Shown here piece after piece: positions 12,601 to 24,245 of a stretch of 64,000 nt of DNA. Under the pieces are notes generated by a model that was not told where the DNA came from, made no database searches, and worked only from the letters and a program-made list of their open reading frames with translations. The DNA is taken from contig JAPEUD010000002.1 of the NCBI GenBank assembly GCA_026026165.1, positions 1 to 64,000 on the forward strand, given 5' to 3'. The stretch's first letter is position 1, and every line of letters starts with the position of its first letter. This DNA is from Sarea resinae. Taxonomy: Eukaryota. The position numbers and the translations under genes are program-made.

Positions 12601-13033
12601 TTCCTCTGATATGCTGGTGTACCGCGGCAATGTTGTGGAATCCCTGACCCTAGATCATTAGGAACGCCGACTGTTGCACGACCCTAGTAGTGTCTGTCAC
12701 CTTATTCATTGTATCTTCTGGCCTAACTAGCTGTTCTTCTGGTTTAGAAGTTTCTTAGGCGGATGCTGATGACAACTAGGCAGTGATTTGTTCTTGTAGG
12801 TTATTAGGTGATTGCTCTGCGCGTGATTCTCCTGCGGGTAACTCCTCAGCCGGTTCGGTTCGGCTTTGTATCTTAGGTGCCTCTCTAGATTCCTTGCCTT
12901 CTATTTCTTCATTGATAATAGAGAGATCAAACTGTGTAGTAGGGGTGACAAAGAGGTCCTAGCTATTGCTTTCAGACGAGATTAATAGTGGTGCTAGGGT
13001 TCTCTCCTCTGCAGAAGATTGCTGGCCGGCTAT
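9647..13033 (-). pseudogene. Extra retrotransposon ORF (~1,128 codons) with a CxC...CxxH motif and a 2OG-Fe(II) dioxygenase-like domain
   Basis: One continuous frame from ATA(=ATG) at 13033 to TGA-TAA-TAG at 9649-9641; the internal stops are all explicable by single C>T/G>A transitions. Motifs: GCTCSNP...TLC(W)NH; NLG(W)VRIMFYSII(Q)QLLNQDP; RLISYPYYTK; GDKTGFx(H)LD; PWIIHSAT..KRNVV; GTWDQLLVSHRDLVP..SGHPN. Confidence 0.75.
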
Positions 13034-14179
13034 TCTTGCTGGTTTAATCTTCTAGACAGTCTAGAAGATAAAGGGGAATAAGATGTTGCTAGAGTTGATA
13101 GATAACGTTCTGATTGTATGCGTGAATTTTTCTAGTTAGGGTTCCTAGGCGATTTTTCTCTTAGAGAATCTAGGAGATCGTTATCTTATCTGATCGGTCA
13201 AGGGAAATGGCTTAGACAGAGTCTCAGTTATCGTCTAATAAGGTGGCAGACAGCAAGTGCCGATCACAAGCGAGCCAATGAGGCAGAAGGCGTAAGCGAA
13301 CTACTTAGGAAGAGGATCTGTAGTAGGTGAATGATATGAGAAAAACAGACGAGACAGCGGCGGCAGAAATTGCATGAGAAGTAGGAAAATATTTAGAGAA
13401 GATAGAGGCAAGCAGGCGGAAGATGTTTTCTTATAGTCCTCGCTTAGGGTGCACGTGACTAGATTCCTGCCAATAATCGTCGGATATCAGCGTTGAAAAA
13501 GTGCTATCTTGCTTTTCTTTGTAGTGAATTTTGGCGTGTTATTGAGTTGAAGTAGTAGCGGCAGCGTTAGTGATGCGCTTAAGCGAGGTTCTTTGTTGCC
13601 TGTATTATTTCCTTGTTTACCCTCACTTTTAGGTGTGTTTCGCACTAAAAAGTAAGGTGAAAGTGAGATAAGTTTGAGATAAGGTTAAGCGAGTAACAAG
13701 AACAGTCTCTGCAATGCTAGTCAAGGCGAATAGTAGCGGTAAGGCGGATATATAGTGCTTGTGCGAGTTAGGAATGCTTGTTGTGCGATTTTGCTAACTT
13801 GTAGCGTGTTGTTGAATTCAGATAGGGGCTGCATGCTCTGCAGTGTTACCCTTTAGGTCTGTCTAGGAGATTAGGCTAGCAGGGTCTGTTTCGCCTCAAT
13901 ATGAGCTGAAGAAGTGAAGTAATATAATGTGTAATAAATTAGAAATGTTATCGCGGATTGTTAGGTATGCTGTGCTGTGCGACATAAGCTGCGCCTCCTG
14001 CGCCTCTAGCAAGGTAGACCGTGGTTGAAAAGATCTGGCTAGACAAGGTTGTGCATATGCACACCCCTCCCTAGTTTCTTTTGAAACTTCTAGCCAGGCC
14101 AGAAAGTTTTGTGCTATATAATTGGCCGAGGTAGGATAACAACGGCGAACGATCTTCTGCGAGGCACTAAGGCCTGCAA

Positions 14180-17100
14180 GGCCTTATATTCTTCTTGAGT
14201 TACTTGATTATTATTATCCTTAAGGTCCTTAGACTAAGTATCATCAGTATTATCTGCGGACTCGTCTTCAATCAGATAATCAGGCATAGGGGTAGGCGAT
14301 CGCGTGTTCCTCGCAGAATCAGGTAGAGGAGGTCGGCACGTAAATTTCTTTAGACGATTTCTAGGTGCGGTGCCGTTTAACTCGGCGCTGTCAAGTTCAG
14401 CAAGCTGGTAAGTTCCTCGGACAGGGTCAGCCTATATAACACAATAGGGACCTATCTACCTATAGCAGAGTTTGCTTCAGAGCAAATAGTCTGTAGCGAG
14501 CTTAGTGTCATAGAGTAATACTATATCATCGACGTTAAATTCATCTAGGCAGAGATTATAAACTTCATCAAATGCTTCTTTGCCTTGTTCACGCATGCAG
14601 CGTAGATATAGCTGGGTTTCCTGTAGATCTTTGTCGCGGCGTTGCATTTGCTGAGCCTATAATGCTAGTAATTCCGCAGTAGTTCGGACTGAATTCTAGT
14701 CCAATACGTGCTAGGTAGGAAGGTCTAATTCAACAGGCAAGACTGCGTTGTATCTATATAGCACTTGATAAGGTGTCTAGCTAGTAGAAATTCGAACCGT
14801 GGTGCGGTTAGCCTATAGGACTGTGTGCAAGTTCTGGACCTAATTTCCTATGCCTCTGTCTGTTATCTTAGCTAGTGCATCAACAATAGGGGTATGACCC
14901 CTTTCTACTAGGCTATTTGCTTGCAGGTGGTATGCTGAGACCACAACGTGATTGATTCTGTACTTCTCTGCAAGAACATGTACAGACTGCTTGTTCTCTA
15001 GTCCTCTGTTAGTAACTAGCTTCTGAAAGCATCTGTGGCGGCAGATAACATCCTTGTAAAGGAATTTAGCAACAGTAGCAGAGGTAGCGTCTCCTATAGC
15101 GCGTGCTTCTACCTAGCTAGAAAAGTTATCCTAGGCAACGATAATGTTCTTCCTATTCTAGCAAGCTGGCATATGTATCATGTCAAGGCTAACCTTCTCC
15201 TAACAGGCAAAAGACTAAGTCAGGTGTAAGGCCTCCTCTTGCTGTTTAGGGGCTCTCTCCTGACACTCCTAGCAGCTCCTAACGTATGTTACCACTTCTA
15301 GATATAGATCGCTCTACTAGTATTTATCCGCGATGCGCTGATAGGTGCCCTCTTAGCCTCTGTGTCCTCCTTGATCGTAGGCTTCCTCTAGGATGCAGGC
15401 TTTGTCAGCGTCTTAGTTAATAACTCTTTGAAGTGGCATATTCTTAGAGGCACGCTTAAACAAGTGTTAGTCGCGAACTAAGAATTTCAGGGCGTGATTC
15501 TTAAACTTGCAGAACTCTTTTGCGCTCATTTCTGCTGGCCAGACTAGGGAAAGAAGCCATTGTGCAATCTTCTGCGATTTGTCTAAGTAACTGTCCTTAA
15601 GAGGTAATAGAGGTTCTGCCTCTGCGCTGTCGCTATTCACAGATACAGGAAAGACTCGAACAAGGTATAACTCTAAGTCTATCACATTGTCAATGTCTGC
15701 CTTGTTTTCTATATTAGCGATATCTTCTGCAGTAGCTGGCTGACAAGATAATCTATCGGCGGCACCATGCTTTTGACTAGGAACATGTCGAACAGTGAAG
15801 TCGAAAAGGCGGATCTATGCAAGCCATTGAGTAACGAGAGCACTAGGAAGGTCAGCTGCAGGCATGTTAAGTTGTGCAACCAGGGTATTAGCATCGAGTT
15901 CTACTACAAAGGTCTGACTGTATAGGTAGACTCGGACTTTCTTCAGTGCCTTTAGCAGGCCTCAGCATTCTCGCTTTCCTGCATTGTACTTTTTCTCCGC
16001 GTCGTTCTAGAGTCTACTCTTAAATCAAACAGGGTGCCGTTTTCCAGTCTCTAGATTGACCTGCATAAGGTTCGCTCCCTAGCCTTCTCTACTAGCATTA
16101 ACTCTAAGTATAATCTCTCCTCCTCCTAGTCTATAGATAATTGTCACTAGTGCTAGCGCAGTAGTAAGAGCGTATTTTAGCTTATCTATAGCTAACACCT
16201 GATCTAGTCCCTAGACAAATTCAATATCCTTCTTGAATAAGATAAAGATCGGCCTAGCAATGATAGCGAACCTGTCAATAAAGATCCTATAGTAGACGCA
16301 TATGCCGATAAAAGCCCTAGCTTCTGTAACATTCTAACAATCAGGCTATTCAACAATCTTCAGCACTTTAGTGCTGTCAGGGTATCGGCTGTCTGAGTCG
16401 CAGACATAGCTAACAATCTTAATGCCTCCTATACAGAATTGAGATTTCTCGCTAGAAACTGTGCAGCTAGACCGCTCTATGTCTGCTAGAACCTTGTCGA
16501 GTGATTAGATATGCTCAGCTATGTAGCGCCTGATTCTAGGTAAAATTTCTTTGCCTTTATAGTCAGATCAAGGCCCTTTAACACCGATGTCGTCTAGAAA
16601 AGGTCGAGCAAGATTAGGAATGTAGTCGCTAAGAATCTTTGTGACAATGCAGACAAATTGCGCAACTGAGTTCGTAGCTCCTTGAGGTAAAGTCGTCTGG
16701 CGAAGCAGGCCTAGAGGTGTTATAAAGGCAGTCATATCCCGGCATTCTTCCACTAGTTCGATCTGATCATATCCTAAGAAGAAATCAATAAGTGAGGCGA
16801 CTTGCATGCCAGCAAATTCCTCAGAAAATTCTTCTACTAAAGGCAGGAGGTTCGCGTCTCGAATCGTGACCTTGTTTATTGCTATTGCCGCGTTAACTAT
16901 GCGATACTTTCCAGACTTCTTCTTAACTAGGAACCACAGGTTTCAGTACAGTCTGTGGCAGTGTTCTAGTAACCTATTCTTTAATCGTTCTTGTAGCATT
17001 TCGATAACCACTCTGTTTAGTGCTTGTAGAACCGAAAAACTATTGGCTTGCTAAGCGGTATGCGGAATAGTTCGTATCTCTTGCGCTAGCGCCACCTCCT

Positions 17101-17713
17101 TTCAGACCTTGCTAATTTCTGAGAAGTCCTACGCGAGGGCCTTCTTACAATTATAAAGCATTGTAGTAAGCATCTCTTTCTCTCGATCTAACATGCTGTC
17201 TCCTACAACTATTGTCTCTAATCTTTTAGGCGTAATGCGAGATCCCTTTCGCAACTTCGAAAACTTTGGAATCAGCAACGCGTCAAAGTCTTCTTCTAGA
17301 CGGTCTAGGTCTTTTTCGTGTAACGTTCTGTGGTTTGACGCGTCTTTCTCTTCTAACTCTCTTTTCTAGTCTTTCGCTCCTCTAGGCTTGCTACTGTCTG
17401 ACACTGAAGTGTTAACTAGTCTGACCTTGTCTCTCTTTTTCTTGTACATTGTATAGACGTGGGCTGAGTCGACGTTTCCTCTCAGATTCAACTCTAGATT
17501 AAGCATCCTCTTAGAAAACCAGTAAGTTTCCCCTTGACCCACGTGTAACGCTTTGAACTCCTTAACTAAATCATTATTCTCCTAGTCTGTCCTAGAGAAA
17601 TCCCTGGCCTTGTCATCTAGTTTCTGCCTGTCTTCTTCTTCTAAGCCTTGCTGTGTCAGTCTTACAGTTATAGCGAACACCTGCTTAGGATAGCGTCCGC
17701 TATCTAGTTTAAA
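14180..17713 (-). pseudogene. pol: reverse transcriptase, RNase H and integrase (3' end approximate)
   Basis: RT motifs DFFLGYDQI, LPQGATNS and FLDD (16568-16807). RNase H KKYNAGKREC.GLLKALKK..ELDANTL. Integrase HHCC (GGHRG.EGTY..RSC.ECQ) and core (SAYHLQANSLVERGH). No chromodomain seen. Confidence 0.9.
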
Positions 17714-20025
17714 CAGTTCTGGCTAGGGAACACGTCAGCATGCCTTCTATCAGACGAACTTCCTACCTGTGCTGCACTAAACATCTTCGAATGACGTTAG
17801 TCCTCTAAGAACACAGTGCACATTGTTGTTCTGTTGTCCTACACCTTAGTGCGCATGCAAGCAGCAATCTAATACAGTTGACTAAGGATAAGCGGTCGAT
17901 CCGGTTAAGTAGTGATGAAAATAGGTACCCTGCTAGTGATACCTCTAATATCGACTTCAACATCTTTAGCGCATCCTATAAATAGTGCTGGCTTCCCTTC
18001 AATGCCAATCATTGTAGTAGCTAGTTAAGGAGTCTAACTTAGCCTGAGATTCTTTGCTGTTAATAGGCTCATCAGACATATCTTAGCACCACTGTCTAAC
18101 AATCCTCTCATTCTCCTTTTTCCTTCAATGCTCACTTCTGCCATTATACACCTAGCGGCATATAACGTGGAATTCGGTATTTCCTTATCGGTATAATCGT
18201 TGCTTTCTATCTTTCTAACCATCACTAGGCGATCTATATCATGCTGTCTAGCTGCGAGATAGCCTTCTGATCTTCTGCCTAAAGGGTACGACTTATCTCT
18301 AAGGTTCTTAAAGAAAAGCTTCTGAACTTCAGGCGCATTCGAAAGAAGATCCTTAACTGTGACGTAGTTAAGCTGCTGATCTAGTATTATGTCTACAATA
18401 GAAGCAGGGTTAGCGTCTTCTCTAAGGTAATCAGACAATCAGCGTCGACAAGTTTTTTGTTAATGTGTTTCTTCTACCTTATCTATTAGTTCTAGCTCAG
18501 CGAACTCTACCCTCTTCTTAGAACTGCTGGCTAGACTAAGACATTGCAGAGGCTGTTCTTTGTGACAGACTATATCTCTCTTCTTAAGAACACGACTGCT
18601 CTAGTACGTCCTAGGGCGGATGTTCTTAGCTGCAGGCAACTTTTCTTCCTCCTAAATTCGCCTCTTATAGACTCTAGCATCTGGGTCTTGTACAGGTTTC
18701 TGTGTAGCAGGGTTAGATCCTCGCCTAAGGATCCTCCTAGGTTGTCTTGCTAAATAGACATTCGATTAGTCATAGTCATTGGCTTCCACGTCTGTGTTAT
18801 CTAGCTTAAGATCCGCTGCACGAATAGAACTAACCCTCGCTAAGCTAACCCCTGAACTAAGGCTTAGTTGCTCCTTCCTTTCGTTATACATCCTTTTCTA
18901 TTCTCTGTCGGCAAACAGAGCTCAATATTCGCTAGGAGGAATATGCAACTCTGCTCTGCCTTGTCCTTTAGGACCCTAACACATTCGACGACGTTCGTTG
19001 AAATGAATCTTCCTACTTGCAAGGAGCTGCTGCATTAGCAGGCAATTGGCGAATCTATGGCGCTAGTCACTGCATCTGAAACATCTAGTCAATTAAGCAC
19101 AGTTTGCATCGCGAGCCAGATCTGCTCTATTATTCTGCTGGCTAGTCTAGTAGTTTAGTGCGCTTGCGACTTTTAGGGCAGAAGATAGTATCTAAGCAAG
19201 GAGCTTAGCAGTGTTCGCGGCACTTGCTGTAACTGCCTTGATCAGAATCATTAAGCTGGCTAACCTGTCTGCTAATTCGTCTATAACCTTATTAACCTTC
19301 TTGCTTGCTGTTCCTTCCACATGATCTTGCACAACTAGAGGTTAGAGTAGCTCTGCTACAGCAGCCTTTAGAGCTAGGTGCTGTCCCTTAATCAAGGTCT
19401 TCACTATCTTTGTTAGCTCTGTCTCATTCAGCTTCTGCAGTGCCTGCATAGATTGACATTGCTTGATAGCGATATTAAAGATCTTCTTAAAGTCGACATT
19501 AGTAGGGTTGTAATCGTCTAGATCGATATAGCCTCGCGTGATAACTTTGACTTAGATCTCTTAGGGAAGGCCTTAGAGGAACTATAACATGCGAGTATAG
19601 GCATCCAGCTTGTTTTTCTGGCATAGGGTTTGAGAGATGCTCTAGAACTGACAACAATATTGACAGATCTCTTCTGCATTCGAACAGGGTTTCTCTTTAA
19701 GGGCTTTAAGGTAAGTTTAGGAGTTGATTTGCTGCTCTACGTCCTGATTAGAGTAGTCTTTTAGCAGCGATTTCTTAAACTCATCCTAGTCCACAAGATA
19801 CTCTAGTATAGTCTTAATACTGCGAGACACAATACTCTCACAATAACGTGGAAGCCGCTTAAACATCTCAGTTTAGTCAAGCTAGTAATCCTTGCACAGT
19901 CCTTCATATCTCTCGAGGAACTCTGTAGCGTTCACCCTGTTGAAATATAGTACGCTATAGGTCCTAGAGGACGGCATAGGAGTGAGATAACGCATAGTAG
20001 GCAGGAATGCAGTGCTGGCAGCCAT
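17704..20025 (-). pseudogene. gag + aspartic protease
   Basis: Gag N-terminus MPS..(P)YF(DG)VNATEFLERYEGLCKDY; zinc knuckle CFRCSD..HRFANC (~19030-19085); protease LLDSGAKICLMS (~18080) and PLIL(G)Q(P). The frame ends at T TTA AAC TAG. Confidence 0.85.
17707..17713 (-). other. -1 ribosomal frameshift slippery heptamer T TTA AAC
   Basis: X XXY YYZ heptamer in the gag-PR frame, followed immediately by TAG. The RT and IN ORFs lie in the -1 frame. Confidence 0.7.
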
Positions 20026-20669
20026 TGTAGGTGGTGTTAGTAATTCTAGTGAACTGTCTCCTGAAAAGTGCAGAGGAGAACGCGTTTGCATAGCAGTAAC
20101 AATCGCAGCTGCAACAGAGTTTGCTGTTTCTTAAATGATTGCTTGAATGAATCGTGTCGACTTGTGAGGGCACTTGTCTTGTTTGCTGCTTTTAACTTTC
20201 TTGTGTTTAGACCTTGTCTCACTCTCGCTGATCCACTCATCTCTGGTAGCGCCTCAAACATCCCTTAGCGCACTCCTTAACGCACGATAAAGCTGTTCCT
20301 TCTGTCTGTTCTCCCTGCACACTGCGCGATAAACCGCCTTATCGCTAAATAAACTGTAAGCTGTTAAGGATCGCCTCTGACCTCCTCAGATAAATGGCTG
20401 TCGCCCAACTATTTTGACAATAAGATCTGGCTAGTCTAGTAGAATTTTTCGTCGTGTAATCTCTGAACTTCGCGTCTTTGTTTCTGAATTCTTTTAGGGT
20501 CTCTGCGATTCCTACTTCTTGTCTCCCTTGTATCGTGCTGACCTTTTAGAGTCCTAATCGTACAGGCTAGGTTTTGTACCAGCCTTGCAGATCTAGCAAC
20601 CCTCCTGTGTATCCTTCAAGCAGTGTTTATACTTATCTGCAGAGCACTTTCTAGTCGAATCTGTGTTGA

Positions 20670-20691
20670 TCGAGCCCTGCGTAGGTCACTA
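20670..20691 (-). other. Primer-binding site complementary to a tRNA 3' end (isotype not determined)
   Basis: Plus strand tcgagccctgcgtaggtcacta de-RIPs to TCGAGCCCTGCGTGGGTCACCA, a tRNA-like T-arm/acceptor/CCA sequence 1 nt from the 5' LTR. Confidence 0.65.
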
Positions 20692-20692
20692 A

Positions 20693-21082
20693 TATAAGGG
20701 ATCAAACTGGATCGCACTAGATAAGTGCTAGACAGTCCTGAAGATGCAGGAACCGCCGAATCGTAATGGCGCTGCTATGCTTAATAGTCGTCGAGTGTGT
20801 CACTGTCTCAGGTCTCGCTGCTAATATGTCTTAGAGAACTCAAATAGGCAGCAGAACAAGCGTATCGATTAATATAAGCTATTAGCCTGTAGCCTAGTAA
20901 CTGAGTAACAAGAAGAAGAGAAGAAAACTGACGCGCTAACTGCTTGCTTAACTGAATGCCAGAAAACTAATAGCTGAATGCGTGTATAAAGAACTAATAA
21001 TGCCCTCTTTCTAAACCCCTAAGGAACACAACCCTACCACCAATACCTGATGACTAAGCTGTTGCCGGTTTACCCTATCACA
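20693..21082 (-). repeat. 5' LTR (390 bp)
   Basis: tataagggatcaaac...ccctatcaca, followed by CTAG. Confidence 0.95.
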
Positions 21083-22440
21083 CTAGTATCTTTGCTAATA
21101 ATTCTAATATATCTAATACTTACTACTTAGCTTTATATACTTACAAATAGTAGCACACTAATTAGGCCTAATACTTAGTATACTTCTTCTAACTCTTAGT
21201 ATTCTATAATTATACTAATAGCTTAGGATACACCTCTTTATATTTCTTACTATATAGCTACTATTATATCTCTACTAGTAATATTACTAACCTAGTAACA
21301 CACTACTTAATTATTAACTCTACTACTTAACTAGCTTGCTATATTAATCCTATATCCTAATAGAGCAACTAAGTAGTATATACTAGATACTTTAGATTAC
21401 ACTGTTTAAGATATTTAGGCTAGCTAGTTTAGTTAAACTAGCTAGTCTAATTAGTCTTTATAATCTCTTCTTTAGTAATAATAAGCTTATAATTATATAC
21501 AGCCTCTTTTACCTTCTATATATTAAGAAGTAGATATGCTATAGTAGTATCTTTCTAACTAAGTAGAGGATTAATCTCTTTATTATTAACTTATATAGTA
21601 AAATAGCGCTGTAACTTGCTGCTGTTAAAGAACGTCTGCACTTTTACCTTGCGCTAGTGCTTCTAATCCTGCTTATAAACCTGCTAACTATGCACTTTAT
21701 TATAATGCTACTATATAACCTTTTAATTAATAGTAAGAAAGTTGTATTTGCCTTTATTATACTAATATATATCTAATAGTCTTACTAACGCATTAAACAG
21801 TTAATAGTTAGGTGTAGATAATAGAACCTTACTTAGTTTAGCTAAGATATAGTCTTAAAACTGCACTAGAATCTGCTGTCGCTTTTTAATAGATAAAGTA
21901 TAATAATATGCTAAATGCTAGTTAAGATCTCTAATTGTATATTTATGTTAATTATATAGAAGCACTTAAAAGTCATGTTTATAGTATAGCTAGTTAGTTA
22001 TAGCAGCTCTACCTTCTGCTTCTACTTACACTTACACTTCTACCTACACTTCTACTATACCTTTCTACTGTAATTAAGATATAATATCTGTAATTCTACT
22101 ACTTTATTAATGTGTTAATTACAGCATTAATTAATCTACTATATAGTTAATTGCTTAGCTATCTTTACTACCTTAGCTCTTTAAATAGCTCTTTACTCTT
22201 ACTTGTTCTACCTTTAACTCCTAGCTTTAGTACTTATCTAAAGTAGCTCTAAGTTACTCTAACAAACTCTAAGCACTTTATTTAGTAATATTGCAGCTAT
22301 AACACAAGATAATTAATTATGCTTTATAGAATTGTAATAGAGAAGATTAGAAGATATAATGCGCCTAAAGAAAGAGAGTATTTTAATAGTATTAACTGAC
22401 TAGAGTTCTACTACTAGAGTTCTACTCTCGCTAAATTATT
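21083..22440 (-). mobile_element. Upstream part of element B (DUF3505-like N-terminus and leader), heavily RIP-mutated; right end approximate
   Basis: RKVKVQTFFNSSKLQRYF near 21600-21650 and LSIKKRQQILVQF near 21860-21895. Extreme TpA bias ends near 22440. It continues into 9163-8549 across the LTR insertion. Confidence 0.65.
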
Positions 22441-22842
22441 TCTACCAATTATAATCGTTAAAAAGAGTACGTACTTTTGGAGTTCAAGTTCAACTCCAGT
22501 CGTTAATAGGGATAGGCAGTGGCTCGTGAGCTCCTAAGTCATCTGAATTAGAGCAACAGATCGCCAACTCCATTCATCTCGGTCTACACGTCAGAGGCCT
22601 CCGCTATTACCAGCGCTCGAGCACGGTGTCGGCAAGGCAGAACGAACGTTTCTATGGCGGTTATTGATATCAGCGTTGTTGAGGAGCGTCCGACTTTCAG
22701 AACCGTGCGGAGCATCGCGTCGTATCTTCGTCTTTGGATTCCAGGGGAAGCTTGGCGGAACTCCGAGTATGAAGTCATTTTCTTCCACAACATCCCTCGG
22801 GAAGCTGTCGTTGCGCTTGGACCGGTGGAGAGGATGTCCTAG
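22441..22842 (+). pseudogene. ADP-ribosyltransferase-like (DUF7587-type) gene remnant, 5' part damaged
   Basis: In frame: LLSHLN(W)SNRSPTPFISVY...MAVIDIS...WRNSEYEVIFFHNIPREAVV. TAG/TAA stops occur only in the part nearest the RIP block. Confidence 0.55.
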
Positions 22843-24245
22843 TAGTAAAATCTTTTCAAAACATCCTAACGATCATATTTGATTACAACGTTTAACATTT
22901 ATCCTAGTCAAACAAAGATTTACCTCACCCCAATCGCCTGGATGTCGTGATCTTGCTATAGGAGGCCGGAGAGCTGCGATACTTTGCTGTCCGCTGTTGA
23001 GTTCCGCTTGTTCAGCCACTGTTGAAATATTGATCTGAATCTGAACGGTGTTGTTGCAAAAGTAAACTGCCACTGGTAATCGGTCGACAGAATGAACATA
23101 GTGATTAGTCTATCACCCTGTCTATATCTCGAATCTTTGAATGATGACAGATTGTCAACAGTATTGTATTGTATTAGTCTTCGTCCTATGCAAGCATAGT
23201 CATCCCCACGGCTTTTGTTATCGTTGTTCTAGGATCCATGTTAAGATCTTGTGCTAGCATTGCCACTACTTTTTGAGGCAAGGTCTGAAGTTTCGTCGTA
23301 TTTGTCCTTAGAGCTCGCCTCAAGCCATTATCTAGAGGACGCTTACGGTTGTTTGGTGGCAAAGCATCGAAAATTCGAAAAAGTCCACTTTTTTGCACAG
23401 CTTCCTAAGACCACTTAGATACAATTACGGAACGAGGTACAGTCTGCCAAACGAGCACCTTGGTCTTGTAGACATAATCTTTTCTCAAGTAGACAGAAGA
23501 TCGTAGCTATTTGCAGCTTATGAAACTATAATATCGGCTCCGCAAGATACAGACATGCCCTTCTACCCCGCGCCTTATTCGAACATGCGCCATACTACAC
23601 TGCATTCTTGACTTATGATTCACGCAGACCGGAGGTTAATAGGCACCTTCCTAATTCTCAATAGTGGCGGAACAGAAAGTATCGTCGAATTTGTTACTCG
23701 GACCAGGGCATTATCTAGCTGATAGCATCTTAACGTGAAACGGGAAAAACACACTTCAATACCGGAAGAAAGAAAGGCGTCGTAGGAGGTTGAGGTGGCG
23801 ACAACGGCATGCCGCCGAGTCAAAAAGGGCTTGACTACTTATCTACCTTCAGGTAGCTATCAGCCCGCCTGATAATGGAAGAGGACGTAGTTGTTGTTTG
23901 CCCACGAAGCCGTCCAGGAACGAGTACACTCGGGACCGAAGACACCGAGTAAGGTTCTTTTTTCCCACAACGCTCACCCACCAACGCATTTTCTGCCTCA
24001 CCTCTCCTCTTGGGTCGAAACTGCCACCTTCTACGTTCCATCTGCTGTACGGGCCTACGGTCATTAGCTTCCTGGACCTGCGCCTTTTCCAAGTTATGCC
24101 CTATTCTCCCTGCTCGATCATTCGCAGAGCTCTCTAGTTTCACGAACGTCTGCTTCTACATTGGTCTCCTCCATAGGAGTTGACGCACTCCCAACTGCCA
24201 GACACACGCACGCACGTACCCGCGCACTGACGGGTTTCTGCAAAC

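Larger units (their letters stand above)
9164..21082 (-). mobile_element. Full-length Ty3/gypsy LTR retrotransposon (11,919 bp) with an extra ORF, RIP-inactivated
   Basis: Direct-repeat LTRs at 9164-9553 and 20693-21082 (TG...CA ends; the right-hand LTR begins TA after RIP). 4-bp target duplication CTAG at 9160-9163 and 21083-21086. PBS and PPT present. Domain order gag-PR-RT-RNaseH-IN. Confidence 0.95.

Noticed and set aside
9647..13033. Retroviral env gene
   Set aside because: The position fits, but I saw no signal peptide or transmembrane anchor. The motifs point to a soluble dioxygenase-like protein.
1..22440. Starship giant transposon
   Set aside because: No DUF3435 captain recognised. 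The recombinase-like motifs are embedded in a DUF3505-RecQ ORF and the block is explained by nested smaller elements.
22873..24143. Short ORFs between the ART-like remnant and the cupin gene
   Set aside because: No recognisable domain or convincing splice structure. They may be decayed gene debris.
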